This document shows positions 17,212-26,795 of a DNA stretch of 46,303 nt, in pieces; position 1 is the stretch's first letter; the number at the start of each line of letters is the position of its first letter. A program made the position numbers and the translations under genes. The DNA lies in assembly GCA_045646985.1 (NCBI GenBank), contig JAZRLV010000033.1, positions 1 to 46,303 of the forward strand, given 5' to 3'. Below the pieces are notes generated by a model. It did no database searches, had not been told where the DNA came from, and was given only the letters and a program-made list of their open reading frames with translations. Origin of the DNA: Clostridia bacterium (GTDB lineage: Bacteria; Bacillota; Clostridia; UMGS1883).

Positions 17212-18363
17212 ATGCCGGAATTATATAATAAAGAAAATCCGTCACAATGCTGTGGATGTAGTGCCTGTTTTGCACAGTGCCCAATGAAAGCAATAGAAAT
17301 GGTGAGGGACGGGGAAGGCTTCTTGTACCCTTTGGTTGACAAAGAAAAATGTATAGAGTGTAACGCCTGCGTACGGGTTTGTCCATTGAAATCCGGTGAC
17401 AACCCCGTGAAAAATGAAGAGACAAAAACATTTATCGCACTTAAAAACAAAGAAGAAGAAACAATCCTTTCCAGTTCATCTGGAGGTGCTTTTTCTGCAA
17501 TTTCTGATTACATATTGAATCAAGGTGGGGTTGTTTACGGTGTGGTTTTTGATGAAAAGCTACGAGCCGTACATGCACGAGCCGACAATAAAAAAGAACG
17601 AAATAAAATGCGTGTTTCAAAGTATCTGCAAAGTGACTTAATGGATACCTTCAGGAGGGTGAAGGAAGATGCAGACAATGGTATAAAGGTTCTTTTTACA
17701 GGAACGCCCTGTCAGGTTGAGGGACTTAAAAAATATCTAAAAAGAGATTATGAAAACCTTTTTTTAGCAGATGTAATTTGCCATGGGACACCAAGTCCCT
17801 TGATGTTTGCCGAACATATCAAGAATATTGAAAAAACCAGGAGGAAAAAGGTAGTAAGCTACAAATGTAGGTCTAAGGTTTATGGATGGCACCGTCACAC
17901 AGAGGAAGCTGTATTTGAAAATGGGAAAAGTGAGTCGGGGACAGTGCTTTTGCAGGAGCATAAGGTACTGTTTTATGCAGGATATACTTTGCGTCCCTCG
18001 TGTTATGAGTGCCAATTCACAAATCTTTGCAGACCGTCCGACCTTACTCTGGGAGATTTCTGGGGAATTGAAAAGTGCATGCCTGATTGGGATGACCAAA
18101 AAGGGACATCTATGCTACTTGTTAATTCTACAAAGGGAAAAAAACTGCTCGATAAAATCCAAAAAGATGTTGTTATACGTGAAAGTACGGCTTACGGCAG
18201 ACAGCCACAGCTTGAAAATCCTGCAAAAAAACCTGATGATCGTGCAGAATTCTGGACAATGTATCGCAAACACGGATATAGGTTTGTTGCGGCAAAATAC
18301 GGCAGAAATAATTTTAAATCCGGATTGAAACATACTATAAAGCGGATTTTAGGGAAAATATAG
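17212..18363 (+). CDS. F420 hydrogenase/dehydrogenase beta-subunit (FrhB)-like Fe-S protein with N-terminal 2x[4Fe-4S] ferredoxin
   Basis: CCGCSACFAQCP and CIECNACVRVCP clusters; SSSGGAF, GTPCQ, ICHG, RPSCYEC and DLTLGDFWG motifs. Confidence 0.88.
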   Translation: MPELYNKENPSQCCGCSACFAQCPMKAIEMVRDGEGFLYPLVDKEKCIECNACVRVCPLKSGDNPVKNEETKTFIALKNKEEETILSSSSGGAFSAISDYILNQGGVVYGVVFDEKLRAVHARADNKKERNKMRVSKYLQSDLMDTFRRVKEDADNGIKVLFTGTPCQVEGLKKYLKRDYENLFLADVICHGTPSPLMFAEHIKNIEKTRRKKVVSYKCRSKVYGWHRHTEEAVFENGKSESGTVLLQEHKVLFYAGYTLRPSCYECQFTNLCRPSDLTLGDFWGIEKCMPDWDDQKGTSMLLVNSTKGKKLLDKIQKDVVIRESTAYGRQPQLENPAKKPDDRAEFWTMYRKHGYRFVAAKYGRNNFKSGLKHTIKRILGKI

Positions 18364-18369
18364 TAAGTG

Positions 18370-18410
18370 ACAATCTTCACAGAGCTATGTCTTTCTGTGA
18401 AGGTTGTTTT
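18370..18410 (+). terminator. Putative terminator
   Basis: ACAATCTTCACAGA-N10-TCTGTGAAGGTTGT followed by TTT. Confidence 0.6.
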
Positions 18411-18450
18411 AAAGAAATTTTAAAATGGGCTACACACGTATAATTCGTTA

Positions 18451-18479
18451 TTGACTAAATCTCACAAATGTATTATAAT
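18451..18479 (+). promoter_or_regulatory. Sigma-A promoter of the main polysaccharide operon
   Basis: TTGACT-N17-TATAAT. Confidence 0.75.
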
Positions 18480-18535
18480 ATAGGAGTGAAATTTTGGGTA
18501 TGTTTGCACAAAACGCTCGGAAGGAGTAATAAAAA

Positions 18536-19669
18536 ATGGCTGAAAGCGAGAGAATATGGCTCTCTACTCCGACTATACACGGGGAAGAGCAGCTTTTTGT
18601 AAAAGAAGCGTTTGATACTAACTGGGTAGCACCTTTGGGGAAAAATGTTACCGAGTTTGAAAACGAAATGGCGGCTTTCGTTGGGGTAAAGGCGGCAGCA
18701 GCGATGACTGCGGGCACCCATGCACTACATCTTGCGGTAAAGCTTGCAGGGGTGAAAGAAGGGGATATTGTTATCTGCTCCGACCTTACTTTTGCGGCGA
18801 CTGTTAACCCTGTCAGCTACGAAAACGGAACGCAGGTTTTTGTAGATAGCGAGCGTGATACATGGAATATGGACCCTGCGGCACTTAAAATTGCACTTGA
18901 AAAATACAAGGGCAGGGTAAAAGCTGTTATGCTTGTGCATCTTTATGGTACTCCCTCGAAAATTGACGAAATAAAGGCACTTTGTGATGAATACGATGTA
19001 ATTCTCATAGAAGATGCGGCAGAATCGCTATCAGCTGCATATAAGGCAAAACAGACAGGTTCTTTCGGTAAATACAGTGCCGTTAGCTTTAATGGTAATA
19101 AGATAATCACATCTTCCGGCGGCGGAATGTTTCTTTCCAATGACGAGGAAGCCGTGCAGAAGGTACGCTTTTTCTCCACGCAGGCAAGAGAGCCATTCCC
19201 CCATTATCAGCATAAGGAAATCGGATATAACTATCGTATGAGTAATATCGTTGCAGGTATCGGCAGAGGGCAGCTTCTTCACCTTGAAGAACACAGAAAA
19301 CTGAAAGAAGACATATATTTCAGATATAAAGAGGGATTTAAAGATTTACCTGTTACAATGAATCCTTACGAGGATTGCAGCGTTCCAAACTTCTGGCTCA
19401 GCTGTATGTTGATTGATGAGGCAGCTATGGAGAAAACCGATCCGGAAAAAATACGCCTTGCTCTTGAAAAAGAGAATATAGAGGCACGACCCATATGGAA
19501 GCCAATGCATATGCAACCTGTGTATAAAAATAATGATTTCATTACAGCAGGCGATAACGTGGGTGAGGATATTTTTGCGAGGGGTTTGTGCCTTCCCAGT
19601 GATATAAAAATGACTGCAGAACAGCAGAACAAGGTTATAACTCTTATAAAAAAGTGCTTTGAGGGATAA
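18536..19669 (+). CDS. DegT/DnrJ/EryC1/StrS aminotransferase (PglE/EpsN-like)
   Basis: NWVAPLG, GTHALHLA, IEDAAESL, SFNGNKIITSSGGG (PLP Lys), GYNYRMSN and GLCLPS motifs. Confidence 0.95.
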   Translation: MAESERIWLSTPTIHGEEQLFVKEAFDTNWVAPLGKNVTEFENEMAAFVGVKAAAAMTAGTHALHLAVKLAGVKEGDIVICSDLTFAATVNPVSYENGTQVFVDSERDTWNMDPAALKIALEKYKGRVKAVMLVHLYGTPSKIDEIKALCDEYDVILIEDAAESLSAAYKAKQTGSFGKYSAVSFNGNKIITSSGGGMFLSNDEEAVQKVRFFSTQAREPFPHYQHKEIGYNYRMSNIVAGIGRGQLLHLEEHRKLKEDIYFRYKEGFKDLPVTMNPYEDCSVPNFWLSCMLIDEAAMEKTDPEKIRLALEKENIEARPIWKPMHMQPVYKNNDFITAGDNVGEDIFARGLCLPSDIKMTAEQQNKVITLIKKCFEG

Positions 19670-19671
19670 AA

Positions 19672-20763
19672 ATGTCAAAAATAGTTATTTTAACAAATTC
19701 AATAACAGGACTTCGCTCATTCAGAATTGAGGTTATGAAGAAATTCCGTGATGAGGGACACGATGTTAAAATATATTGTCCCGAGCATTCGGAAACAGAC
19801 GAGTTTACTGAAATTGGATGCAGAGTTTCATTTGTTAAAAATATTCAAAGAAGAGGGACAAGTATACTGACAGATATTAAGCTTTTCTTTGAATATTTAA
19901 CAATTCTTCATAAAGAAAAGCCGGATATTGTTTTTTCTTACACAATAAAACCCAATATTTACGGAGCATTGGCATGTGAATTGTTAGGGATACCCTGTGC
20001 ACCAAATATTACAGGGCTTGGCAGTGCTGTTGAAAACGGTGGAAAGTTACAGCTGCTAACTGTGTTTTTGTACAAGGCAGCATTTTTGCGTGTTAAGAAG
20101 GTCTTTTTTCAAAACAGAGAAAATATGGAGTTTTTTGAAAGGAAAAGAATTGCGAGGGGAAGACATGAGCTTCTTCCCGGTTCAGGTGTAAATCTCGAAA
20201 AGTTTACACTTCTTGAATATCCGCCTGATGACGAAATTCATTTTGCGTTCATATCACGGATAATGAAAGAAAAGGGTGCTGACCAGTACCTCGAGGCAGC
20301 GGAGTATATAAAGAAAAAATACCCGAATACTGTTTTTCATGTGTGTGGGGCTTGCGAGGAAGCTTATGAGGAAAAGCTCAGAGAGCTTCACGAAAAAGGA
20401 ATTATAAATTATCATGGCAGACTTCGTGATATACGTGAAATACATAATGTGATTCACTGCACAATTCATCCCACCTATTACCCCGAAGGAATGAGCAACG
20501 TGCTTCTTGAATCCTGTGCAAGCGGTAAGGCAATTATTACCACAAACAGAAGCGGCTGTCGTGAAATTGTTGATGACGGCATAAACGGATATGTTGTGGA
20601 ACAAAAGAATACACAGGATGTAATAGAAAAAATTGAAAAATTCCTGTCACTTTCCTATGAGGAGAAGAGAAATTTGGGAATAGCGGGACGAAAAAAGGTT
20701 GAAAAGGAATTTGACAGAAATATTGTTATTGAAAAGTATATGCAAGAGCTTAACAGGATTTAA
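19672..20763 (+). CDS. Glycosyltransferase family 4 (PglA/CapM-like)
   Basis: YTIKPNIYG, ITGLG, FFQN, PGSGV and EGMSNVLLE motifs. Confidence 0.92.
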   Translation: MSKIVILTNSITGLRSFRIEVMKKFRDEGHDVKIYCPEHSETDEFTEIGCRVSFVKNIQRRGTSILTDIKLFFEYLTILHKEKPDIVFSYTIKPNIYGALACELLGIPCAPNITGLGSAVENGGKLQLLTVFLYKAAFLRVKKVFFQNRENMEFFERKRIARGRHELLPGSGVNLEKFTLLEYPPDDEIHFAFISRIMKEKGADQYLEAAEYIKKKYPNTVFHVCGACEEAYEEKLRELHEKGIINYHGRLRDIREIHNVIHCTIHPTYYPEGMSNVLLESCASGKAIITTNRSGCREIVDDGINGYVVEQKNTQDVIEKIEKFLSLSYEEKRNLGIAGRKKVEKEFDRNIVIEKYMQELNRI

Positions 20764-20774
20764 GGAGCATACTT

Positions 20775-21692
20775 ATGGACGGATATAAAAAAATTTTTAG
20801 AAGCAGAAAGGTAAGAACTAAAATTCTGAAAATACTCAGTTTTGTTCCTGACGAAGCTATGCTGAAAATTCAGTATTATATAAAGCATAAACGAAGATTG
20901 AATTTAAAGAATCCTGAAAGATTTACTGAGAAACTGCAGTGGTATAAGCTTAATTACCATGACCCTCTTATGCGAAGATGTACGGATAAGGCAGAAGTCA
21001 GGGATGTTATAGAAGAGTGGGGCATGGGAGATATTTTGACTAAGTGTTACGGGACATTCTCCTCAGCAGATGAAATTGATTTTGATGCTTTGCCAGATTC
21101 TTTTGTTCTTAAGAGTACTTTAGGCGGTGGCGGAAATTCGGTTGTGCTTGTGCAGAGTAAAGAAAGTGCAGACATTGATGAACTTAAATCAGTTGCTTCA
21201 AAATGGGTAAAAACATCCTTGCCAAAAAAAAATTCAGGAAGAGAATGGGCATATAAAGCTGAGAAACCGAAAATTTTGGTTGAAGAATTATTGGTGGAAG
21301 AGGGGAAAGAGAAAGAGGGCGTAGATGATTTTAAGTTCATGTGTTTTAATGGAAAAGTGAGGTATATATTCATATACAGAGACAGGAAAACAAATGTAAA
21401 AAGAGCTATATATGATGAAAACTGGAATTATATTACTGTAGAGTCTGGGTATGAAAGACTTCAAGATGTTGTAGAAAAACCGGAAAACTTTACTCAAATG
21501 TGTGCTCTTGCAGAAAGACTTTCCGAAAAGTTTCCTTTTGTTAGGGTAGACTTATATAACGTAAACGGAAAAATATATTTTGGGGAATTGACGTTTTACC
21601 CGACCTCCGGGTATATTATGTTTTCACCGGATGAATTCGATTATATTATGGGTGAACATTTTATTCTTCCAAAGAAAGTGAGCGAGAAGTGA
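20775..21692 (+). CDS. TupA-like ATP-grasp fold amidoligase
   Basis: NLKNPERFTEKLQWYKL, DFKFMCFNG, RVDLYNVNGKIYFGELTF motifs. Confidence 0.9.
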   Translation: MDGYKKIFRSRKVRTKILKILSFVPDEAMLKIQYYIKHKRRLNLKNPERFTEKLQWYKLNYHDPLMRRCTDKAEVRDVIEEWGMGDILTKCYGTFSSADEIDFDALPDSFVLKSTLGGGGNSVVLVQSKESADIDELKSVASKWVKTSLPKKNSGREWAYKAEKPKILVEELLVEEGKEKEGVDDFKFMCFNGKVRYIFIYRDRKTNVKRAIYDENWNYITVESGYERLQDVVEKPENFTQMCALAERLSEKFPFVRVDLYNVNGKIYFGELTFYPTSGYIMFSPDEFDYIMGEHFILPKKVSEK

Positions 21693-22753
21693 TGAGTGGA
21701 AAAAAGATAGTGTTTTTTACCGGTTCTATGGGCAGGGGCGGCGCTGAAAGAGTAATATCCATTTTATCCGACTATCTCGTGAAAAACGGCTGGGATGTTA
21801 CTATAGTTATGCTTTTGCATCATTTTAAGAATGGATATAAGCTCAATGAAAATGTGAAAATTAAAACTTTTTTTCCTGAAAAATGCTCGAATGTAAAAAA
21901 AGCACTTTACAATCTTGTAAGAGTGCGTGCATTTATTAAAGGAGAAAGACCGGATGTTGTGGTTTCCTTTATAGCACAGAATACATTAATTTCCGGTATT
22001 GCCTGTAGTGGGCTAAAACTCAGGTATATTGCTTCAGAGAGAATTGACCCTGCAATGGTAAAAAGAAATTTCATTTATAAAAGGATTTTAAATTGTATCT
22101 ATAAAAAAGCAGATAAGGTTATTTTCCAAACGGAGAGAGCAAAGAATTATTTTAGTTATGATATTCAAAAGAACGGTGTCATAATAGGTAATCCTATAGA
22201 AATTAGCTGCGAAGCAACACGTACAGAAAAAAGAATTGTTTCTGCCGGAAGGTTTACACCACAAAAAAATCAGAAAATGCTGATAGATGCTTTTGCAAAG
22301 ATAGTAAAAAAGCATCCTGATTACATATTGGAAATATTTGGAGATGGGAAACTTAGAGCAGATTTAGAAAAACAGGTTCAAGAACTTGGTTTAGAACAGA
22401 AAGTCTTTTTACCGGGAAGTGTTCCGAATTTACACGAGCGTATGAAAAATGCAATGATTTTCGTTCTTCCTTCAAATTTTGAAGGACTTTCCAATGCTTT
22501 GTTAGAGGCAATGATGATGGGGTTTGCATGTGTGTCTACAAATTGTGCAGGTTCGGATGAAATAATTAAGAGCTGTGAAAATGGGCTTCTCATCCCGGTA
22601 GGGGATGAGAAAGCACTTGAAAATTCTGTAGAAAAACTTATCACAGACGAAGCATTATGCGAAAGAATATCAAAAAATGGAAAAGAAAGTGTTCAAAAAT
22701 ACAGACTGGCAAACATTGTAGAACAGTGGATGGAGGTCATTGAAGGGCGATGA
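21689..22753 (+). CDS. Glycosyltransferase family 4 (PglJ/PglH-like)
   Basis: GGAERV, SER, GRFTPQKNQ and EGLSNALLEAM motifs. Confidence 0.92.
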   Translation: MMSGKKIVFFTGSMGRGGAERVISILSDYLVKNGWDVTIVMLLHHFKNGYKLNENVKIKTFFPEKCSNVKKALYNLVRVRAFIKGERPDVVVSFIAQNTLISGIACSGLKLRYIASERIDPAMVKRNFIYKRILNCIYKKADKVIFQTERAKNYFSYDIQKNGVIIGNPIEISCEATRTEKRIVSAGRFTPQKNQKMLIDAFAKIVKKHPDYILEIFGDGKLRADLEKQVQELGLEQKVFLPGSVPNLHERMKNAMIFVLPSNFEGLSNALLEAMMMGFACVSTNCAGSDEIIKSCENGLLIPVGDEKALENSVEKLITDEALCERISKNGKESVQKYRLANIVEQWMEVIEGR

Positions 22754-23622
22754 AAAAACATATAAAACGAATACTAAAGTACCTTAGCAGATTTTTGCCT
22801 AGCTCTTTATACATACGATTAGGATTTCTAAGACGATTTGGCAGGCTTCCAAATCTTAAAAATCCGCAGACCTTTAACGAAAAGCTTCAATGGCTGAAAC
22901 TTCACGACAAAAATCCTGAATACTCTAAACTGGTAGATAAATACGAAGTGAAAAACTATATTGCTGAAAAAATAGGTGAAGAATATATTATTCCAACTCT
23001 CGGAGTTTGGGATAGCTTTGATGAAATAGATTTTGATAAGCTTCCCAAGCAGTTTGTTTTAAAATGCACTCATAACAGCGGCGGTCTTGTCATTTGCAAG
23101 AATAAAAGTACGCTTGATATAAAAAAGGCACGTAAACAATTAACGGGAAGTCTTAAGTCCAACTATTATTGGGCAGGGCGTGAGTGGCCGTATAAAAATG
23201 TAAAGCCCAGAATTATCGCTGAAAGATTTATGGTAGATGAGTCAGGCACTGAGCTTAAGGACTATAAATTTTTCTGCTTTGACGGCAAACCTGAATTTTT
23301 GTTTATTGCAACCGACAGACCTCACGATACAAAATTTGATTTTTTTGATATTGACTTTAACCATCTTCCGTTTACTAATGGCCATCCAAATACTGACAAG
23401 GAATTAAAGAAACCCGAAAAATATGAAGAAATGATAGAAATTGCAGCTAAATTATCAAAAGGACTTAAGCACGCAAGAATTGATTTGTATAATATAAATG
23501 GTAAGATTTATTTTGGGGAAATAACCTTTTTCCACTGGAGTGGATTTACACCATTTGAACCTGATGAATGGGATAAAAAAATTGGAGATTTTATAAAACT
23601 GCCTGCTAAAAAAAAGGCATAG
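22750..23622 (+). CDS. TupA-like ATP-grasp fold amidoligase (second copy)
   Basis: NLKNPQTFNEKLQWLKL, DYKFFCFDG, RIDLYNINGKIYFGEITF motifs. Confidence 0.92.
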   Translation: MKKHIKRILKYLSRFLPSSLYIRLGFLRRFGRLPNLKNPQTFNEKLQWLKLHDKNPEYSKLVDKYEVKNYIAEKIGEEYIIPTLGVWDSFDEIDFDKLPKQFVLKCTHNSGGLVICKNKSTLDIKKARKQLTGSLKSNYYWAGREWPYKNVKPRIIAERFMVDESGTELKDYKFFCFDGKPEFLFIATDRPHDTKFDFFDIDFNHLPFTNGHPNTDKELKKPEKYEEMIEIAAKLSKGLKHARIDLYNINGKIYFGEITFFHWSGFTPFEPDEWDKKIGDFIKLPAKKKA

Positions 23623-23635
23623 AGGAGAGAATAAA

Positions 23636-24568
23636 ATGTTTGTAACAGTGTTTACACCAGCATATAATAGGGCGAATACTCTTCATAGAGTTTATGACTC
23701 GTTAAGACAGCAAACTTACAAAAATTTTGAATGGATAATTATTGATGATGGTTCAAAGGACAACACAAGAGAAGTTGTAGAACGCTTTCTTCAAGAAGAT
23801 AATTTTTTTGAAATCAGATATTTTCATCAAACAAATCGTGGTAAGCATATTGCTACAAATGAGGCGGTAAATAAAGCAAAAGGGGAAATGTTCATTTGTC
23901 TTGATAGTGATGATGCTTGCAAGGCAAATGCGATTGAGGTTTTAATAGATGCATGGAATACAATTCCAGAAGATAAAAAAGAGGGGTATAAGGGTGTTGC
24001 ATGTAGAACTTGTGATCCTAAAACTCCTGATAGGGTTATTGGAACTATTGGCGATATGTGGATGAAGGGAAAATATGATTATTTTGATTCCAATGATACC
24101 GAGTTACGATTTATCCATAAAATCAAGGGCGAATTATGGGGAATGACACGTGTGGAGATATTAAAAAAATATCAGCAACCAAATATAGAAGGATTGCATT
24201 ATTTCCCAGAGGGAATAAATTGGTGTAATATAGGATTTGAGTATGCAACAAGATACATAAATTTTCCATTAAGATATTATTATCGAGATGATGAAAATGC
24301 GATAACTAAAAAAATCAATTCTAAAGAGAGTTATTATACAAGAGAATGGGTTTTAACTACATTAGTAAAAAAGGGATACTTTAAATATGAACCACGTTAT
24401 TTTTTAAGGAATGCAGTTGGACTTTTTCGTGATGGCATATTATCAGGAAGAAGCATTAATCAACTGTTTAAAGTCCCTGATACATTTTTAGCCTACCTGC
24501 TTTCTATTGTAGCAATGCCATTTGGAATATACCTTGCAAGCAAAGAAAAGAAAAAAAGAAAAAGTTGA
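23636..24568 (+). CDS. Glycosyltransferase family 2
   Basis: FTPAYNRA, IDDGSKD, GKHIATN, CLDSDD and FPE motifs. Confidence 0.92.
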   Translation: MFVTVFTPAYNRANTLHRVYDSLRQQTYKNFEWIIIDDGSKDNTREVVERFLQEDNFFEIRYFHQTNRGKHIATNEAVNKAKGEMFICLDSDDACKANAIEVLIDAWNTIPEDKKEGYKGVACRTCDPKTPDRVIGTIGDMWMKGKYDYFDSNDTELRFIHKIKGELWGMTRVEILKKYQQPNIEGLHYFPEGINWCNIGFEYATRYINFPLRYYYRDDENAITKKINSKESYYTREWVLTTLVKKGYFKYEPRYFLRNAVGLFRDGILSGRSINQLFKVPDTFLAYLLSIVAMPFGIYLASKEKKKRKS

Positions 24569-24596
24569 TATTTTTAGCGGTGAAAGGTAATGAGTT

Positions 24597-25520
24597 ATGA
24601 AAGAAAATTTAGTAAGTATCATAATCCCCTCATATAATGGCAGCGACAAGGTGGCTACAGCCGTCAAAAGTGTATTGAATCAGACTTATAAGAATGTCGA
24701 AGCAATAGTAGTTGACGATAACGGCAAAGGAACACAGGAGCAGCTTAAAACAGCCAAGGCGGTTAAAGAATTTGAAGAATATGAGAATTTTCACTATATT
24801 GTTCATGATGTAAATAAAAACGGCTCTGCGGCAAGAAATACAGGGGCAAAGGCTTCGCAGGGTGAATACCTTGGCTTTTTGGACGATGATGATGAATATT
24901 TACCCCATTATGTTCAAATGCATATTGATGTACACAAAACACTAAGCGAAGAATATGCACTTACCTATTGTTCCGCCGAGGAATATCGAAATGGGGTCAA
25001 GGTAAAGGAACATCGAAAAACAATGAGTGGCAGCTTGCTTTATGAGGTTCTCATACATAATGCTGTAATAGGCAGTACCTCATTAATTATAAAGAAAAGT
25101 GCTTTTGAATCTTTGGGCGGATTTGATGAAAGCTTTAAGAGACACCAGGATTGGGAATTTACTGCACGTGTAGCAGCAGATTACAAGGTGCAGGCTATTG
25201 AAGAGGTAGGTTTCAGAAGAAATCTTGAATATAGGAACTCTCCTCAAAATTATGAAACTGCGAAGGCATACAGAGTACATTATATTGAGAAAATGATGCC
25301 CTATATTAAAAGGCTTCCAAAGGAACAGCAAAAAAAGGTCATTACATCAAATTATGTTAGTTTAATAGTTCCTCTTTTACGCAAAGGAAGAATAATAAAA
25401 TTTTGTAAAGAATTTCATTATTTTAAGCTGGGGCTATTAGGAATACGAGCTGTTTTTAGAAGTATGTATAAGTATCTTTTTGTAAACAAGAATTTCTGGA
25501 CACTTAGAAAAAGAAAATAG
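24597..25520 (+). CDS. Glycosyltransferase family 2
   Basis: IIPSYN, VVDD, SAARNTG, FLDDDD and FDESFKRHQDWEF motifs. Confidence 0.92.
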   Translation: MKENLVSIIIPSYNGSDKVATAVKSVLNQTYKNVEAIVVDDNGKGTQEQLKTAKAVKEFEEYENFHYIVHDVNKNGSAARNTGAKASQGEYLGFLDDDDEYLPHYVQMHIDVHKTLSEEYALTYCSAEEYRNGVKVKEHRKTMSGSLLYEVLIHNAVIGSTSLIIKKSAFESLGGFDESFKRHQDWEFTARVAADYKVQAIEEVGFRRNLEYRNSPQNYETAKAYRVHYIEKMMPYIKRLPKEQQKKVITSNYVSLIVPLLRKGRIIKFCKEFHYFKLGLLGIRAVFRSMYKYLFVNKNFWTLRKRK

Positions 25521-25544
25521 GCTATTTATGGAGACTGCTGAGTT

Positions 25545-26795
25545 ATGGAAAAAAGAAACAATTTAATTTCCTTCCTGCAAGCATATTTGTTGTGCATTGG
25601 AGGACTTAATCAGCTGTTGGGAATTGCTCTTAAACGTAGTGACGGTATTATGATTATGAACCTGGTTCCCGTTGCACTGATTCTTGCCCTTCATTTTTTT
25701 ACAGCAGATAAAAAGCAGGATTTAAATATGAATAAAAGGGCACTTTTGTTTGTTTACTATATTGTCAGTATTATAGTTGTCAGCAAATATGCCATGCGTT
25801 ATACTACCTTTTCCTATACAGAGGCATTGGTGTATTGCTTTATACCCATCTACCTTTCCTTTTACAAGGTAGATACAGAAAAGCTTCTTAAGTATATGAT
25901 GCTTTTTTCGGTGCTGGTTATCCCATTTTCAGAACGGTTTTTTAAAGATAATGGTATAAATTATGAAACTATAGGCATGTCAACCACCTACAACACATTA
26001 CCGTTTGTTGTAGCAGCGATTATTCATTTTTATTATTACAGAAAGAACGCAACTCTTTTTACTAAGATGGGGTACATAGCAAATGCATATTATTTTCTGA
26101 AAATCGTTTTCTTAGGAAACCGTGGTCCCCTTATTTCCCTTATGGTTTTGGCAATGCTCTTGTATCTACGCAGGTTTGATGAGAAGGGTGCCCTTAAGCA
26201 GAATGCAGGTAAAACCATCTTTTTCACTCTTGTAGTTGGAATTGGGGCTATATATATAGTAAATAATATAGAAACCATTGTTATATCATTTGATGCATGG
26301 CTGAAATCAATAGGCATAGAATTAAGTGCTGTTTCAAAAACTGTTGCCAAGATGAATGCGGGTGATATTTCAAACGGAAGAAGCAATTTGTTTTCCTATG
26401 TGCTTGAGGGCATACGTGAGAGGTGGATGATTGGGCACGGTGTGGCATCCATTACATATTGGAGTAATGGTGCTATAATATATCCTCATAACTTATTTTT
26501 GCAAATGTGGTATGACGTAGGTGTGCTTATTTCCATTCCGCTTCTCTATCTTACGTTACGCTCCTTTAAAACAGCAGTATATACATCTGGGTTAAAAAAG
26601 AATTTTTTGGCAGTATTTATAATGTTGTTTACATTGTCAATTCCCAGACTTTGCTATTCGTCAGAGTTTTGGGTAAACCTACCTTTCTGGCTTATGCTTA
26701 TGTATTCTATATCACCCAATATTTACGAGGAAGCTGAAGAAGCATTGATAGAAAAAATCGCAGAGGAAACAGAGGTTGATGACAATGCAAAATAG
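25545..26795 (+). CDS. O-antigen ligase/polymerase (Wzy/WaaL-like) membrane protein
   Basis: Multi-TM; GNRG, SNGR, GHG and YPHNLFLQ (Wzy_C HN) motifs. Confidence 0.8.
   Translation: MEKRNNLISFLQAYLLCIGGLNQLLGIALKRSDGIMIMNLVPVALILALHFFTADKKQDLNMNKRALLFVYYIVSIIVVSKYAMRYTTFSYTEALVYCFIPIYLSFYKVDTEKLLKYMMLFSVLVIPFSERFFKDNGINYETIGMSTTYNTLPFVVAAIIHFYYYRKNATLFTKMGYIANAYYFLKIVFLGNRGPLISLMVLAMLLYLRRFDEKGALKQNAGKTIFFTLVVGIGAIYIVNNIETIVISFDAWLKSIGIELSAVSKTVAKMNAGDISNGRSNLFSYVLEGIRERWMIGHGVASITYWSNGAIIYPHNLFLQMWYDVGVLISIPLLYLTLRSFKTAVYTSGLKKNFLAVFIMLFTLSIPRLCYSSEFWVNLPFWLMLMYSISPNIYEEAEEALIEKIAEETEVDDNAK

Noticed and set aside
17212-18363. Methanogen-type F420 hydrogenase
   Set aside because: No hydrogenase large/small subunits or maturation genes; the context is polysaccharide modification.
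12426-18535. Invertible promoters controlling the glycan modules
   Set aside because: No convincing inverted repeats bracket the promoters and there is no recombinase in the window.
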